A stretch of DNA of 62,000 nucleotides, from assembly GCA_013265495.1 (NCBI GenBank), contig MU061538.1, positions 2,003,339 to 2,065,338 on the forward strand. The letters are read 5' to 3'. The notes below the pieces were generated by a model that did not search any database, was not told the DNA's origin, and was given only the letters and a program-made list of their open reading frames with translations. This document shows positions 59,985 to 62,000 of this stretch, one piece after another; the first letter of the stretch is position 1; each line of letters opens with the position of its first letter. Both the position numbers and the translations under genes were made by a program. Source of the DNA: Vicugna vicugna. Its lineage: Eukaryota.

Positions 59985-60105
59985 CCAGAAGATCTGGTCT
60001 GGAGCCCTGCCTTTGACCTCACTAGCTGTGTGACCTCGCATGAGTCTGCCACCCTCTCTGAGCCTTGTCTCCCACCTTCAAGTGGGGAAGGAACAGTAAT
60101 GAGGA
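59985..60105 (+). mobile_element. MIR fragment
   Basis: cactagctgtgtgacctcgcatgagtctgccaccctctctgagccttgtctccc. Confidence 0.7.
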
Positions 60106-60736
60106 GGGTGCCTGATACACCAGAGAATATAAGTGACGTGCTTGGGACTCAATATCTGCCACCACTGCTTTCCTCTTTCCAGCAAGACCTGGTTCCTGCG
60201 GTGTCCGTGCACCACAGGTCTGGATGCCGGGGCAGGTGCAGGTAGGGGAGGAGAGGAAGGAACAGGAGGCGTGCCTGGCAGAGGACAAGCAAAGACCTCG
60301 GTTTGGGAGGAGCCCTGTGCTGCTGGCTTTCCCTGCGCTCCTTCTCAGGTAGACACTCGGGCCTCAGGGTGTGCACTGCTGCCCCCTCCAGGTGTGACAG
60401 AATCCATGTGACAATTCACCTGCCCCTGCTTCATTTTCCTTGTGTAGCTGTCCTCTCCCGTGGAGCCGGGGAACTCAGGGTGCGCCACCTCATCCCCGCT
60501 AAGAATGCCATCTCATCCATGCAGTTACGTTGCCTGCGTAGAGCAAAGGTCCACACCTTCCCCCAGCGACCCAGCCCCGAGGGGACCCCCCCTTATCTGC
60601 TAGTTGGAAACTGCACCTTAGTTGCCTATAAAACAAAACTGCACTTCAATTCGGGTTCCAGGTTTCAAAGCTTCAGAGACCGGGGATAGGAACAACCTTG
60701 ATGGGATTTGGGGAGACTGCCTGCTTCAAACGAGAT

Positions 60737-60865
60737 CTCCTTCAGCCAGAACCACGTAGATGGACAAGTACTTCACTCAAAACTGTGTAAATGGATGAGT
60801 TCCCCTTTATCCAAAACCAAGTAGATGGACAAGTCCTCCTTTATCCAAAACCACATACATGGATG
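60737..60865 (+). repeat. Degenerate minisatellite, ~31-34-bp unit, ~3.5-4 copies
   Basis: Units like aaccaagtagatggacaagtcctcctttatccaa repeated head to tail. Confidence 0.8.
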
Positions 60866-62000
60866 CAGCTGGTTTTGAATATGGACCATGCGACTGGAGG
60901 CGAATCGGGCAGGTTTGGTTTCCCCTTCGTGACCTTCTCTGCAGACCCCCTCAAGGAGGCGCTGGTGAGTGGTGCAGCATCCTGGGATGCAGCCCAGGCG
61001 GGGGACTTCTAGTCCCCAGGACCACAACGCCCCCAAGGAATAGCTCCTACTCCCCACTCCCTGCCTTTGGACCCTGTGTCTTCTCACTTACAACAAAAAC
61101 AAATGAAAATCTGTCGGCGTCTCCCCTGGCCTTCCTGCTTCCAGGGTCACCTTCACCCAGCCTCCCACGACCTTTCCTGGGAAAACACTCTTGATAGTGA
61201 CTTCATCCAGAGTTGGGAAATTACAGTTTAAATTAAAAAGGGCCGAGCTCTTGCTGTGAAGGGGAAGGCTGTGTGGGGATGGGGAGAGGGGAGCCTTTGA
61301 AGTTGGGAGCTGAATGCCTTCTCACCTTGCCGGTGGCAAATGGATTTTCATTCAGAGAAAATCAAATCCCTTGAGAGGGTGGCTGATGTGAGAAGACGGG
61401 GCAGAGCACAGAGGGCTGGTGACCACAGGTGAACTAGCTTCCCAGGGCGTGCTGGTCCACGGGGACCCAGTCAGAACAGTGTGGTCAGACCCCCCCCAGC
61501 CCGAGTGCCGAGGGGCCCCTCCTTCTGTCCCTCTCCTCCGGGGAGTGTCCCCACCTCCCCTCCATCCCTCTCCTCCAGGGACTCCCCACAGTAGAAGGCC
61601 AGGTGGACCACTCTGTGGCAGGAACTTGAAAACCCCACCTTCCCATCAGCATCCCAGGAGGGTGTTTACATCCAAATGTGCTCTATAAATGCAGAGCGCT
61701 TCCTGAGGTCCTGGAGGCGCCCCTCGAGGTCTCTGTGGCACCAGGGGGCCATGTGCCCGCAGGTCTCCCACACACGCCTGCACACATCCAGTGATTCTGA
61801 GGAGTGTGTGCTTCCTGAGGGCGGGGCCCCTCTCATCCCGGCGGATGACCAGCCAATGAAGCAAGGAGGCTTCCACAACCTGGAGGAAGCACACCTGACG
61901 TCTGTTATCACCTGTGCCACGCGTGAGCTGCTTTGTTTTAATGCCTGTGACAACACAGGTGGACTCAGTCTCGCCTGGAGCCTGGCACCTCCTCCTCACC

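Noticed and set aside
60737..60865. CRISPR-like array
   Set aside because: Units are contiguous without unique spacers, and the context is mammalian with no cas genes.

Overview
Mammalian genomic DNA containing one protein-coding gene, EN2 (engrailed homeobox 2), on the minus strand. It has two coding exons (4839-4161 and 1042-726, 331 aa), a 3118-bp GT-AG intron, part of the 3' UTR and a CpG-island promoter. The other ~56 kb is the upstream gene desert: several orphan CpG islands, AT-rich motif-dense candidate enhancers, and old repeats (near-complete Charlie1a-type hAT transposon, many MLT1/MLT2 LTRs, a MER41-like ERV1 solo LTR, MIR/L2/MER5 fragments, a 5'-truncated L1 with target-site duplication). 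Two short tRNA-Ala-derived SINEs, a cetartiodactyl-type L1 tail and the absence of Alu/Bov-tA/PRE-1 suggest a camelid (inference). Repeat family names come from my recall of consensus sequences, not a database search, and their boundaries are approximate. I found no convincing new gene or new biological system. The best leads are regulatory or evolutionary: a local AT-to-GC conversion tract inside the Charlie1a copy, a MER41-like LTR with a perfect STAT/GAS site, an OTX+TCF+SOX motif block about 43 kb upstream, and a SINE with intact Pol III boxes, a terminator and a duplicated tail.
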